Assembly: GCA_963705105.1 (NCBI GenBank)
Contig: CAVPIW010000002.1
Span: forward strand, 1 to 62,444
Direction of reading: 5' to 3'
From: an uncultured Nitrospiraceae bacterium
GTDB lineage: Bacteria > Nitrospirota > Thermodesulfovibrionia > Thermodesulfovibrionales > Dissulfurispiraceae
DNA length: 62,444 nucleotides
This document shows, piece by piece, positions 42,313-52,031 of this stretch. The notes below the pieces were generated by a model. That model made no database searches. It was given only the letters and a program-made list of their open reading frames with translations, and had not been told where the DNA came from. Position 1 is the stretch's first letter. The number at the start of each line of letters is the position of its first letter. The position numbers and the translations under genes were made by a program.

Positions 42313-42648
42313 ATGCCAAATCTTGATTTTCAGGGAAAAACGATCGAAATTGACGAGGACGGGTACGTCGTAAATCTTGACGACTGGACAAACGACCTCG
42401 CAACGTTCATGGCCGACAAGGACGGCCTCCAGCTCACCGAGGCCCATTGGGAAGTCATCAACTTCCTCAGGGACTATTTCCAGAAGTATCAGATCGCGCC
42501 GATGATCAAAATCCTCGTGAAAGAGATCGGTAAGGTCATGGGGCCGGAGAAGGGAAATACGAAGTACCTGTATGAACTCTTTCCCGATGGTCCTGCGAAG
42601 CAGGCCTGTAGATATGCCGGCCTTCCGAAGCCGACAGGTTGCGTCTAA
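42313..42648 (+). CDS. dsrC: Sulfur carrier DsrC
   Basis: DEDGY, HWEVINFLR, YLYELFP.GPAKQACRYAGLPKPTGCV with both conserved C-terminal Cys. Confidence 0.96.
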   Translation: MPNLDFQGKTIEIDEDGYVVNLDDWTNDLATFMADKDGLQLTEAHWEVINFLRDYFQKYQIAPMIKILVKEIGKVMGPEKGNTKYLYELFPDGPAKQACRYAGLPKPTGCV

Positions 42649-42670
42649 GTCATTTACTGCGTCTATCCAC

Positions 42671-42696
42671 GGTGAGATAGGGTTCCCTATCTCACC
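42671..42696 (+). terminator. Strong hairpin after dsrC (terminator or stabiliser)
   Basis: ggtgagatagg[gttc]cctatctcacc, weak U-tract. Confidence 0.55.
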
Positions 42697-42798
42697 ACTT
42701 CCTTATTCTCTTTGCCATGAAGGGGCTTGCAAACATGTCCACTCCGTCGTCTCCTCATGTCCGATACGATCCTGCTCTGCAAGGCGGGGCATAGCTGC

Positions 42799-43347
42799 AT
42801 GAGCCTGGAGAGTCTCCTTTCCCGCAAGAGATCCGCTATTCTGAAACGATGGTGCAACGCAATCCTGGAGACCTATCCCTCCGACACGGCACATTTTCTC
42901 AGGAGCCAGAAGAACCGGTTCACGAATCCCGTCGGGCAGACGATCGCCGAAGAAACAGAGCGCGTCTTCGATGACCTCCTCAGGGGGGCCGAAGCATCGG
43001 AGGCATCCCTGTTTCTTGACAATATCATCCGCATCAGGGCCGTCCAGGAATTTCCCCCGTCGCAGGCCCTTTCATTCGTCTTCGATCTGAAGAAGGCGGT
43101 CCGTGACGAACTCTCCGTCGAACTCCTCGACGGAGGAATGGCGGCACAACTTGCGGCATTTGAGTCTTCCATCGACGCCCTGATGCTCCGCGCCGTTGAC
43201 GCGTATATGCAATGCAGGGAGAAGATATTCCAGATCAGAATGGATGAGATGAGACGGATGACGCACAGGCATATGCGCTTGGCGAACCTGACCTGCGGGG
43301 TCCCGGACGGGGATCTCGAAAACGATAACAGTGACAAAACACCATAA
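42799..43347 (+). CDS. dsrT: DsrT (RsbRD N-terminal-domain protein)
   Basis: W...ILETYP..TA.F.....NRFTNPVG, IIRIRAVQ.F.PSQA..F; directly upstream of dsrM. Confidence 0.85.
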   Translation: MSLESLLSRKRSAILKRWCNAILETYPSDTAHFLRSQKNRFTNPVGQTIAEETERVFDDLLRGAEASEASLFLDNIIRIRAVQEFPPSQALSFVFDLKKAVRDELSVELLDGGMAAQLAAFESSIDALMLRAVDAYMQCREKIFQIRMDEMRRMTHRHMRLANLTCGVPDGDLENDNSDKTP

Positions 43348-43361
43348 AAAGGGGTAACACT

Positions 43362-44354
43362 ATGGGAGCCTTATTTTCATTATGCGCAGTAGTGATGCTC
43401 GTTCTGGTCGCATACGCCGGGGTGCAGGGAGCGAACCTCCAGGTACTTTTCGGTCTCGTCGTTCCCTATGCGGCCGGCGCCGTCTTCATCCTGGGGCTCA
43501 TTTACCGCGTCGTCGACTGGGCCCGGTCGCCCGTTCCTTTCCGCATCCCCACGACGGGGGGGCAGGGTTTTTCTCTTCCCTGGGTGAAGCAGGCAAAACT
43601 CGACAACCCTTCGACAACGGCCGGTGTCATCGGGAGGATGGCGCTGGAGGTGCTGCTCTTCCGGTCTCTCTTCAGGAACACCAAGACGGACCTCCGGGAA
43701 GGCATCAGGGTGACGCACACCTCGGCGAAATGGCTGTGGCTGGCAGGGCTGGCCTTTCACTATTCGTTCTTCATCATCTTCATCCGCCATTTCCGCCTGT
43801 TCGTCGAACCCGTTCCCTTCTTCATCCGCACCCTTGAATTCTTCGACGGTTTCTTCCAGGTCGGTGTCCCGGGGGTGTACATGACCGATGCCCTCATCGT
43901 CGCCGCCGTCTCGTACCTGCTCCTGAGGAGGGTCGCCATTCCCCAGGTGCGATACATCTCCCTCGCTTCCGACTTTTTCCCGCTTTTCCTGATCCTGGGC
44001 GTTGCGATTTCCGGTATTTTCATGCGCTATTTCACGAAGGTCGACATCACAAGCGTCAAGACCTTCATCGTCGGTCTCGCCACATTTCATCCGGTCATCC
44101 CCCAGAACATCGGCGTCGTCTTTTACGTTCACCTCTTTCTCGTCAGTGTGCTCTTCGCCTATTTCCCCTTCAGCAAGCTTATGCATATAGCCGGTGTTTT
44201 CCTCAGCCCCACGAGAAACCTGGCGAATAACAACAGGATGGTGCGTCACGTCAACCCCTGGGATTACCCGGTTCATGTCCATACCTATGACGAGTATGAA
44301 GAGGAATTCAGGGAAAAAATGAAAAAGGCTGGAATTCCAGTAGAAAAGGAGTAG
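43362..44354 (+). CDS. dsrM: DsrM, membrane cytochrome b (NarI family)
   Basis: WARSPVPFRIPTT, FRSLFRN, AFHYSF...RH, YVHLFLV, YFPFSKLMH..GVF.SPTRN. Confidence 0.95.
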   Translation: MGALFSLCAVVMLVLVAYAGVQGANLQVLFGLVVPYAAGAVFILGLIYRVVDWARSPVPFRIPTTGGQGFSLPWVKQAKLDNPSTTAGVIGRMALEVLLFRSLFRNTKTDLREGIRVTHTSAKWLWLAGLAFHYSFFIIFIRHFRLFVEPVPFFIRTLEFFDGFFQVGVPGVYMTDALIVAAVSYLLLRRVAIPQVRYISLASDFFPLFLILGVAISGIFMRYFTKVDITSVKTFIVGLATFHPVIPQNIGVVFYVHLFLVSVLFAYFPFSKLMHIAGVFLSPTRNLANNNRMVRHVNPWDYPVHVHTYDEYEEEFREKMKKAGIPVEKE

Positions 44355-44356
44355 CC

Positions 44357-45964
44357 ATGGCAAAAATACCAAAGGCTGACGAACTTGCACAGATACAGTA
44401 TACTCCTCCCCAGAAGGGTTGGATGGATGTCCCCGCAGAGCTGAAACCGGGCATGTGGTGCTATGGCGCCAAGGGAAAGAACCTGAAGGCCCTGGAATTC
44501 CCCAATGCACGGGACTGGTCTCCCGCCGAGGACGACTGGAAACTGCCCGAGAACTGGCAGCAGATCTTCCTGGAAGGCATGAAGGAGCGGCTCAGCAAGT
44601 ACCGCACCTTCCATGTCTTCATGGACATCTGCGTGCGCTGCGGGGCCTGCGCCGACAAGTGCCATTTCTACGTCGGCGGCGGCGACCCGAAAAACATGCC
44701 GGTGCTGAGGGCGGAGCTGCTCCGGTCCATCTACCGGAAGTATTTCACCTTTTCGGGCAAGGCCCTCGGCAAGCTTGCCGGGGGGCGCGAGCTTACCCTC
44801 GACGTGCTCAAGGAGCTCTGGTATTACTACTACCAGTGCACCGAGTGCCGCCGGTGCTCGCTCTTCTGCCCTTACGGGATCGACCAGGCCGAAATCACCA
44901 TCATCGGCAGGGAGCTCCTCAACCTCCTGGGCCTGAACATCGACTGGATCGCCGGCCCGGCTGCAAACTGCTACCGGAAAGGCAACCATCTCGGTCTCGA
45001 ACCTCATACAATCAAGGGGAGCATAGAGTTCTTCCTCGGCGACATCGAGGATATAACAGGTGTCAAAATCGAGCCGACTTTCAACCGGAAGGGCGCAGAA
45101 ATTCTCTTCGTGACGCCTTCGGGCGATCTCTTCGCCGATCCGGGCACCTATACGGCAATGGGGTATCTCATGCTCTTTCATGAGCTCGGCCTCGACTACA
45201 CATGGAGCACCTACGCTTCCGAGGGAGGCAATTTCGGCTTCTTCACATCCAATGAACTCGCCAAGAGGCTGAACTACAAGATTTACGCAGAGGCGAAACG
45301 TCTCGGCGTTAAATGGATCCTCGGCGGCGAGTGCGGCCACATGTGGAGGGTGCTCCACCAGTACATGGACACGTGGAACGGCCCGACTGACTTCATGGAG
45401 GTCCCTGTTTCACCCATCACCGGCACCCGTTTCGAAAACACCCGGTCGACAAAGATGGTTCACATCATCGAGTTCACTGCCGACCTCATCCGAAACGGCA
45501 AACTGAAGCTCGACCCGAGCAGGAACGATCACCTGAAGGTGACCTTCCATGATTCCTGCAACACGTCGAGGGGGATGGGCATTTTCGAGGAACCCCGCTA
45601 TGTCATCAAGAGCGTCTGCAACAATTTCTACGAGATGCCGGAAGACACGATCAGGGAGAAGACCTTCTGCTGCGGCAGCGGTTCCGGTCTCAACGCGGGC
45701 GAGAACATGGAACTGAGGATGCGGGGAGGTTTCCCCAGGGCGAACGCCGTGAAATATGTCCGGGACAAGCACGGTGTCAACATGCTCGCCAACATCTGCG
45801 CCATTGACAGGGCGGCCCTGCCCCCTCTCATGGATTACTGGGTGCCGGGCGTCGCCGTGACGGGAACCCATGAGCTGGTGGCGAACGCGCTCGTCATGAA
45901 GGGCGAAAAGAAGAGGACGACCAATCTGCGTGCCGAGCCCCTGCCCGGGATGGAGGAAGAGTAA
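44357..45964 (+). CDS. dsrK: DsrK, HdrD-like Fe-S/CCG subunit
   Basis: CVRCGACADKC, CTECRRCSLFCP, GECGH, HDSCN, TFCCG, CAID. Confidence 0.96.
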   Translation: MAKIPKADELAQIQYTPPQKGWMDVPAELKPGMWCYGAKGKNLKALEFPNARDWSPAEDDWKLPENWQQIFLEGMKERLSKYRTFHVFMDICVRCGACADKCHFYVGGGDPKNMPVLRAELLRSIYRKYFTFSGKALGKLAGGRELTLDVLKELWYYYYQCTECRRCSLFCPYGIDQAEITIIGRELLNLLGLNIDWIAGPAANCYRKGNHLGLEPHTIKGSIEFFLGDIEDITGVKIEPTFNRKGAEILFVTPSGDLFADPGTYTAMGYLMLFHELGLDYTWSTYASEGGNFGFFTSNELAKRLNYKIYAEAKRLGVKWILGGECGHMWRVLHQYMDTWNGPTDFMEVPVSPITGTRFENTRSTKMVHIIEFTADLIRNGKLKLDPSRNDHLKVTFHDSCNTSRGMGIFEEPRYVIKSVCNNFYEMPEDTIREKTFCCGSGSGLNAGENMELRMRGGFPRANAVKYVRDKHGVNMLANICAIDRAALPPLMDYWVPGVAVTGTHELVANALVMKGEKKRTTNLRAEPLPGMEEE

Positions 45965-45965
45965 C

Positions 45966-46724
45966 ATGTACGACGGAGGAAAGATCGTCATTTTGATTCT
46001 CGTCTTGATCGGTTTGGTGACGTTTCCGATTTATTACAACGCGGGAAAGGCTGCAGCGAAGCCGGACCCGAAAATCGACACCCCCGTCATCCAGCAGATG
46101 CAGGTCAAGAAGTGCATCGAGCCGAAAGAATTCATGAAGGCCGAGCACATGCAGATCCTCGATGACTGGAGAGACGCGGTGGTCCGGAACGGTGAGACCG
46201 TCTACGTCGCAAGCGACGGCCAGAAATACCCCATGAGCCTGCAGAACACCTGTATGCGCTGCCACTCCAACAAGGACAAGTTCTGCGACGAATGCCACAC
46301 CTATGTGGCGGTGAAGCCCTATTGCTGGGACTGTCATATCGAGCCGAAGAAGGGGGATGCGAAACCTGTCGCGACGGCGCCTGCTCCGGCCGGTCTTCCC
46401 CCAACGGCGGTGCTCCATTTCGCCGTCGGAAAGGCCGATCCTGAAGGAGGCGCCGAAAAGATGCTCGTGCCGATTGTGGAGTATCTGAAGGCGAACCCGC
46501 AGGCAACGGTCGATATTTCCGGCTATGTGGACAAGACCGGCGACCCGAAAAAGAACGAAGAGCTGGCGAAGAACCGGGCCAAGGCCGTACGGGACATGCT
46601 CACTGCCGCAGGAGTTCCGGCTGACCGGATCGGCATGAAAAAACCGGGGGTCATCACCGGGGCCGGTTCAGACGTCGAGGCCCGCCGAGTCGAAGTGACT
46701 ATCGCCGGCGGAAAGGGGGTTTAA
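45966..46724 (+). CDS. dsrJ: DsrJ triheme cytochrome c fused to a C-terminal OmpA-like domain
   Basis: MYDGGK N-terminus, C..P..FM..EHM..L..WR..VVR.G, CMRCH/CDECH/CWDCH; then an Ala/Pro linker and F..GK...ISGYVDKTG....N..LAKNRAKAVRD.L...GV..DRI...RRVEV. Confidence 0.9.
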   Translation: MYDGGKIVILILVLIGLVTFPIYYNAGKAAAKPDPKIDTPVIQQMQVKKCIEPKEFMKAEHMQILDDWRDAVVRNGETVYVASDGQKYPMSLQNTCMRCHSNKDKFCDECHTYVAVKPYCWDCHIEPKKGDAKPVATAPAPAGLPPTAVLHFAVGKADPEGGAEKMLVPIVEYLKANPQATVDISGYVDKTGDPKKNEELAKNRAKAVRDMLTAAGVPADRIGMKKPGVITGAGSDVEARRVEVTIAGGKGV

Positions 46725-46727
46725 CCG

Positions 46728-47513
46728 ATGAGCATCAATAGAAGGGAATTCATAAAATTGGCGGGTTTCTCGACGATCCTCGGCATCGGAGGCACGGCGG
46801 GTCTGTTCGAGCTCCATCATCCCGCGGAGGCACTGCAGCAGCTGCAGCACCAGAAGGACCCGAACGCCCTGACGGCAAAACGGTGGGCCATGGTGATCGA
46901 TACGCGGAAGTTCAGGACCGACGAGGACTACAAGCGTTGCACCGATGCCTGCCACAAGGTTCACAATGTGCCGGACATAGGGAATCCGAAGGAAGAGATC
47001 AAGTGGATCTGGAAGGAGACCTTTGAGCACGCCTTCCCGGGACAGGAGCACCAGTACTTCGCCGAGGACCTTAAGCACAAGCCCTTCCTCGTCCTCTGCA
47101 ACCACTGCGACAATCCCCCCTGCGTCCGGGTGTGCCCGACGAAGGCGACCTTCAAGAGGCCTGACGGCATTGTCGTCATGGATCCGCACCGGTGCATCGG
47201 TTGCCGGTTCTGCATGGCCGGCTGTCCTTTCGGGGCGAGGAGCTTCAACTTCAAGGACCCCCGGCGCTTTGTCAAGCAGATCAACCCGGAATTTCCGGCA
47301 CGAACGAAGGGTGTCGTCGAGAAATGCACCTTCTGCCACGAGCGTCTTGCCAAGGGTCTCAGACCCGCCTGCGTCGAGGCTTCCAACGGTGCGATCCTTT
47401 TCGGCGACCTGAAGGACGAGAACTCTGAGGTCAGGAAGGCGCTGAACGAGAACTACAGCATCCGCCGGAAGTCAGAGATAGGGACACAGCCCAGTGTCTT
47501 CTACATACTATAG
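46728..47513 (+). CDS. dsrO: DsrO, Tat-exported Fe-S protein
   Basis: NRREFIK, ACH..HNVP, CNHCDNPPCVRVCP, CIGCRFCMAGCP, KCTFC. Confidence 0.95.
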   Translation: MSINRREFIKLAGFSTILGIGGTAGLFELHHPAEALQQLQHQKDPNALTAKRWAMVIDTRKFRTDEDYKRCTDACHKVHNVPDIGNPKEEIKWIWKETFEHAFPGQEHQYFAEDLKHKPFLVLCNHCDNPPCVRVCPTKATFKRPDGIVVMDPHRCIGCRFCMAGCPFGARSFNFKDPRRFVKQINPEFPARTKGVVEKCTFCHERLAKGLRPACVEASNGAILFGDLKDENSEVRKALNENYSIRRKSEIGTQPSVFYIL

Positions 47514-47525
47514 GAGGAGGCAGCC

Positions 47526-48711
47526 ATGATCGAAAAAGCGCTTACCGGAGACAAGAGATACTGGGGTTTGATCGGCTTCCTGCTCGTCATCATCGGGCTC
47601 GGGCTGCTGAATTACGTGCGGCAGTTCAATGAAGGTCTCGGCATCACAGGGATGAGCAGGGACGTGTCCTGGGGATTCTACATCTCCCAGTTCACGTTCC
47701 TTGTCGGCGTGGCGGCCTCGGCCGTCATGGTCGTCCTGCCCTATTATCTCCACGATTACAAGAAGTTCGGCAGGATAACCATTCTCGGCGAGTTTCTCGC
47801 CATACCATCGGTCATCATGTGTATGCTCTTTATTTTCGTCGATATGGGCCAGCCCCTCCGCGTGCTGAACGTCATGCTTCATCCGACGCCGAATTCGGTC
47901 ATGTTTTACGACATGATCGTTCTCAGCGGCTACCTGATCCTGAACGTCCTGATCGGGTGGACATCCCTTGCGGCGGAGAAGAACGGCGTGCTCGCCGCCC
48001 AAGTGGATCAAGCCCTTAGTGTACCTGTCGATTCCCTGGGCCTTCAGCATCCACACGGTGACGGCCTTCCTCTATGCCGGTCTGCCGGGGAGACACTTCT
48101 GGCTCTCGGCCATCCTGGCCGCCCGCTTTCTCGCCTCGGCTTTTGCCGGCGGCCCTGCCCTGCTCATCATTCTCTGCCTCATCGTGAGAAAACTCTCCAA
48201 GTTCGATCCGGGAAAAGAGCAGATCCAGTCCCTTGCGAAAATCGTAACCTATGCCATGATTGCCAATGTCTTTTTCCTCGGCCTGGAGGTCTTTACGGCC
48301 TTCTACAGCGGCATTCCCGGTCACTCGCACCCCTTCGTGTATCTCTACAAGGGGCTTGAGGGGCATGCCAAGCTCGTTCCCCTCATGTGGATGTCGTCCA
48401 TACTGGCCTTGATTTCACTCGTCCTCCTGATCAATCCTGCGACGAGGAAGAACGAGAGCATCCTGACCTTCGCCTGCATCGCCGTCTTCATCTCGCTCTG
48501 GATCGATAAGGGCTTCGGGCTCATCGTCGGCGGATTCGTGCCGAATCCTTTCGAGCGTGTGACGGAGTACTGGCCCACACTTGCCGAAACGTCCATTACT
48601 CTCGGAGTCTGGGGTATCGGATTCCTGGTCCTGGCGATTCTTTACAAAATCGCGGTCTCGATCAAGGAAGAGACGGCGCCGCCGCCTGAGATGGATACGG
48701 GCGAGCACTGA
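47526..48711 (+). pseudogene. dsrP: dsrP (NrfD family) split by a +1 frameshift near 47991 (real or assembly error)
   Basis: 5' half in ORF 47526..48359 up to EKNGV; 3' half ([25 protein letters not shown]...) in ORF 47968..48711; removing one base joins them. Confidence 0.85.
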
Positions 48712-48735
48712 CCGTCAATCGCTGTCTTGTTATAG

Positions 48736-48770
48736 AAGAGGGCTCACCGGTCAGGTGAGCCCTCTTTTGT
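48736..48770 (+). terminator. Intrinsic terminator of dsrTMKJOP
   Basis: aagagggctcacc[ggtca]ggtgagccctctt followed by ttgtt. Confidence 0.8.
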
Positions 48771-48779
48771 TGATGCGCA

Positions 48780-49245
48780 CTTATTCCCTTGCGTGAAAAG
48801 GGGGGGCAAAGCGCTCTGAAAACAGTGTCAGTGTCACTACCGCTTCCTCCGGGAAGGCAACTATGGTTCAAAGCCTTTCCAATGCGATGATGAGGACCAT
48901 TTTGGCAGATGCGCCGAAAGGCGGGGCAAAGCGCCTCAACGCCTCGCTGATAGCGAGCATGATTTTTTATTATTGGTTGTTGAAGATTTCATCCTCTGTA
49001 TCATCAACAGTTTTGCTTACATACTCTCAGCGGGACGGCAGCGGTTTCGCAGCACCGATGCCTTTCGGCGCTTCACCCCGCCATTCGGTCGGGCGTATGG
49101 GTGTGCATATCGGGGTATTCAGCGCCTGTTGCATGACTGGCTTTTGATATCAACAGACACAGCAAAGGGTGGTCTGGGGACGAATAAGGTATCTCAGCGG
49201 AAAGGCTTCTCACCACATCAGCCTTCCCGCCCGCGTGTTCGTGGC
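48780..49245. mobile_element. MITE-like repeat, copy G (long composite; limits approximate)
   Basis: Reverse complement of copy C; outer modules shared with copies A and E. Confidence 0.75.
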
Positions 49246-49280
49246 CTCGTCTATGGAAATTATGTGAGGAGTGAGGATCT

Positions 49281-49466
49281 ATGTATGTCGTTTCTGTAAA
49301 TATCGAAAAGTGTGACGGGTGCGGGGAGTGCGTGACCATCTGTCCCGAGGGGGTGTTCAGGCTATTTGATGAGAAGGCCGATCCCTTTCAGGCAGAGGAT
49401 TGTGTCTTTTGCGAGAGCTGTCTCGGTGTCTGTCCTGCCGGGGCGATTACGATCAGCGAAATATAG
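49281..49466 (+). CDS. 2x[4Fe-4S] ferredoxin
   Basis: CDGCGECVTICP and CVFCESCLGVCP; GAGGA RBS. Confidence 0.92.
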   Translation: MYVVSVNIEKCDGCGECVTICPEGVFRLFDEKADPFQAEDCVFCESCLGVCPAGAITISEI

Positions 49467-49547
49467 GGACGCCGCCGTCCTGCTGTCGGCGGCGAAAAAA
49501 AGGGGAAGCATCATGGCGACGCTCCCCCCTGTATGGCGATGAAGACT

Positions 49548-49799
49548 TTAGGTCTTTTGGATATAGATTTCCCAGTATCCTTTGTCTTCGAGCTTTACGA
49601 CCTCAATGGCATACCCTTGCTTATCCGCAAACCTCGGGATCGAGTCTTCTGCCGACGCGGGAGCGTCACAGAGGATCTTCAGAACGTCTCCTCCCGCCAA
49701 CTTTTCGAGCTGCTTCTTTGTCAGGACGAGCGGATAGGGACAAACCCTCCCGAGCACATCAAGGATCTCTGTCGGTGCCTGAGACTTCAAATCTGCCAT
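49548..49799 (-). CDS. tusA: TusA-family sulfur carrier
   Basis: LDVLGRVCPYPLV motif. Confidence 0.88.
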   Translation of the reverse strand: MADLKSQAPTEILDVLGRVCPYPLVLTKKQLEKLAGGDVLKILCDAPASAEDSIPRFADKQGYAIEVVKLEDKGYWEIYIQKT

Positions 49800-49825
49800 A
49801 GTCTATAATCCTCCTCTGATGGATT

Positions 49826-50239
49826 TTAAAAGATCTGGAGATGGTGAAGCGATTCCATCTCCTTCTGGATTTCACTGCTGGGAACGATTTTAGCGAGTGT
49901 CTCTCCTCCCAGGGCCTCTGCATCCATAACGATCATGTCCTCGGTCAGGCCGAATCTATCGAGGTCCTCCTTGCAGATCATGACGTTGAGATCGAGGAGT
50001 AAGCAATTCTGAAGGTGCATTTCAATGCTGGTGTCTGCGTAGTTTTTCATCGCCTGCTGGTTCTTGAGGCAGTTGAGCACGCCGTCGCCGACAAAGAAGA
50101 GCGCCGCCTCGACGAGGTCCCCGTCTTCCAGATAGATTTCGACGGTCTGGCTCGCGATCGCGTGGGTCAGGGCCAGTCTGGAAGCCTCCGTCTTATAGGG
50201 GAGTGACCGAACGATAAATCCGAGTTTCGTCGTCGCCAT
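49826..50239 (-). CDS. DsrF/TusC-like sulfur-relay subunit
   Basis: IVRSLPY, LFFVGDGV...LKNQ, ICKEDL...GL. Confidence 0.7.
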   Translation of the reverse strand: MATTKLGFIVRSLPYKTEASRLALTHAIASQTVEIYLEDGDLVEAALFFVGDGVLNCLKNQQAMKNYADTSIEMHLQNCLLLDLNVMICKEDLDRFGLTEDMIVMDAEALGGETLAKIVPSSEIQKEMESLHHLQIF

Positions 50240-50240
50240 A

Positions 50241-50603
50241 TTAATCACCTCCTATGAGGAGCACCCTGTCGGCATCGAAGCAGCTGGCGAGATACCAGTC
50301 CATGCTGTGTCTCTTGCACCCTTCCAGCGTGTCTTCCTTGTGATACCCCCTCGCCTCGGCGCAGGCCTCGCAGGCGGTCATCTGAAATTGCCCCGTCGCC
50401 ATCATGTCCTGGACCGATTTCTGAAGGAATGAATAGTCACGGAAGGATTTCTGCCCCTTTTTGGAGAGCATCGTCGCATTTCCGGACAGCCACATATCGA
50501 CTTTATGCCCTTTCTTGACGGCTGCCTCGGCCAGTTTCACCGAAAAATCAAGGGTGAGCGAACCGACGAGCCCGGAAAAGACACCAATGGTCAACTTTCC
50601 CAT
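50241..50603 (-). CDS. DsrE/TusD-like sulfurtransferase
   Basis: AEAAVKKGHKV..W.SGNA, ACEACAEARG carrying the catalytic-type Cys. Confidence 0.78.
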   Translation of the reverse strand: MGKLTIGVFSGLVGSLTLDFSVKLAEAAVKKGHKVDMWLSGNATMLSKKGQKSFRDYSFLQKSVQDMMATGQFQMTACEACAEARGYHKEDTLEGCKRHSMDWYLASCFDADRVLLIGGD

Positions 50604-50618
50604 ACCTGAGCCTCCTTT

Positions 50619-50915
50619 CTATATCCAGACTACTTTTTCGTATTCGTCGAAAATTACATCCACCAGGTCGTCAAAGGTGACTGACTTCACGCGGCTGTCG
50701 ACCTGATCTGCCACATATCCGCGGGATTCGAGGTCTTCCGCCAGGATATAGAAATTGGCGGACTTGTCGAGCACCGGGCCGGCTTTGCCATTCTCCTTCA
50801 CTGTTGCATGGTACACACCGTTACCGACGAAGATAATGCCGAGTTTCTCGGCAGAGAGCCTGTCAAGAATGTCGGTTCCTGTCCTGTAGTCGCTCAATAA
50901 AACGGCAAGCTTCAT
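50619..50915 (-). CDS. DsrH/TusB-like subunit
   Basis: NGVYHA, YILAEDLESRG, VTFDDLVD; GGAGG RBS. Confidence 0.78.
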   Translation of the reverse strand: MKLAVLLSDYRTGTDILDRLSAEKLGIIFVGNGVYHATVKENGKAGPVLDKSANFYILAEDLESRGYVADQVDSRVKSVTFDDLVDVIFDEYEKVVWI

Positions 50916-51057
50916 AATTCTTCACCTCCTGTTCTATAATTTTTTATAGAAATATAAAAATATCCTTATAAATGAATATTTTTGCGTATGAATTTATACC
51001 AGTTGGAGGCTGTCCTTGTCAATAGAAAAGTATTGGCGAGGAGACGGAGATGAAGAG

Positions 51058-51948
51058 ATGGCTGTGGAGCCGGTGATTCGGGAAATCCGCTTTCAAAAGG
51101 GGCGGCGGGGGAAGCCCCTCGTCGTGTTCGTTCATGGCATGGGAATGGACGTGAAAGTCTGGAGCGATCCTTCGGAGGCTCGCATTCTCGGGGGCAGGTA
51201 TCCCCTGAGTGCTCTCCTGTGCGGTCAGGAGAAGGCTCTGGAGACGTCATTCCACGATCTCTGCGGCAACGGGTATCCTGTGCTGACCTGGAGCCAGTCG
51301 AGGCCTGCAGGCCCGATTCACGCCGCCGTCTCGGAGCTGGCAGAACTCTTAAAGCAATACTCGGAACGCACCGCAGAGGGAATCATCATCATCGGGCATA
51401 GCCGGGGCGGACTCATCGGCAGGAAATTCATCGAACAGTGCGATCTCCCCCTGAGAGGTTTCATCACCATTGCCACCCCCCACCGGGGGACCACCATGGC
51501 GAAATGGGCCTTGTGGCTGGCGCCTCTTGCGGGACTCGTGGACCGCATGATTCCGAGTGTCTATGCCGGGGAGGCGATTACGGCGTTCCGGAGGGTCCTC
51601 CGGTTCTTCCGCAGCGCCGGCCCCCGGGAACTTCTCCCCGGATCACCTTTCCTGAGGGAATTGAGGGATGCGAAGCCTCCGTCATCCCGGTGCGTCAGCT
51701 TCGGCGGAACGAACCCGAATCTGATCACCGTCGGAAATGTTTCACTGCAGGATCTCCTGGAGAAGGTCATTCCTGATCGAGCGCTGCCCGATGAATTGAA
51801 GGCGGGCACGGGTGATAGTCTCGTGTCGAAACAGAGCTCGCGGCTGCACTACGGAGACGAACATCATGATGTCCCGCTGAATCATGCCGCCATTATGTTC
51901 GACAGGCACGTGAGGGATCTCATCGTCAAAGCCGTGGATTCGATGTAG
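51058..51948 (+). CDS. Alpha/beta-hydrolase (lipase/PGAP1-like)
   Basis: VFVHGMG, IGHSRGG nucleophile elbow, TIATPH.G, GDSLV, NH. Confidence 0.85.
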   Translation: MAVEPVIREIRFQKGRRGKPLVVFVHGMGMDVKVWSDPSEARILGGRYPLSALLCGQEKALETSFHDLCGNGYPVLTWSQSRPAGPIHAAVSELAELLKQYSERTAEGIIIIGHSRGGLIGRKFIEQCDLPLRGFITIATPHRGTTMAKWALWLAPLAGLVDRMIPSVYAGEAITAFRRVLRFFRSAGPRELLPGSPFLRELRDAKPPSSRCVSFGGTNPNLITVGNVSLQDLLEKVIPDRALPDELKAGTGDSLVSKQSSRLHYGDEHHDVPLNHAAIMFDRHVRDLIVKAVDSM

Positions 51949-52031
51949 ACCACGGATAGTGTGAGTGTCAGTGTGAGTGAAAGGAATTGCCGGTTTGAAG
52001 TGACAGTGAGATGCTCCGCGGTGAATCTCTA

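Noticed and set aside
47985..48005. Programmed ribosomal frameshift in dsrP
   Set aside because: No slippery heptamer or stimulatory structure seen, and similar indels occur in unrelated genes.
48863..49147. Recurring ORF ...ASLIASMIFYYWLLKISS...GFAAPM.FGASPRHSVG (also 9342-9911, 10423-10668, 25494-25802) as a small toxin family
   Set aside because: It lies entirely within near-identical MITE copies, start positions are inconsistent and there is no RBS; DNA-level repetition explains the similarity.
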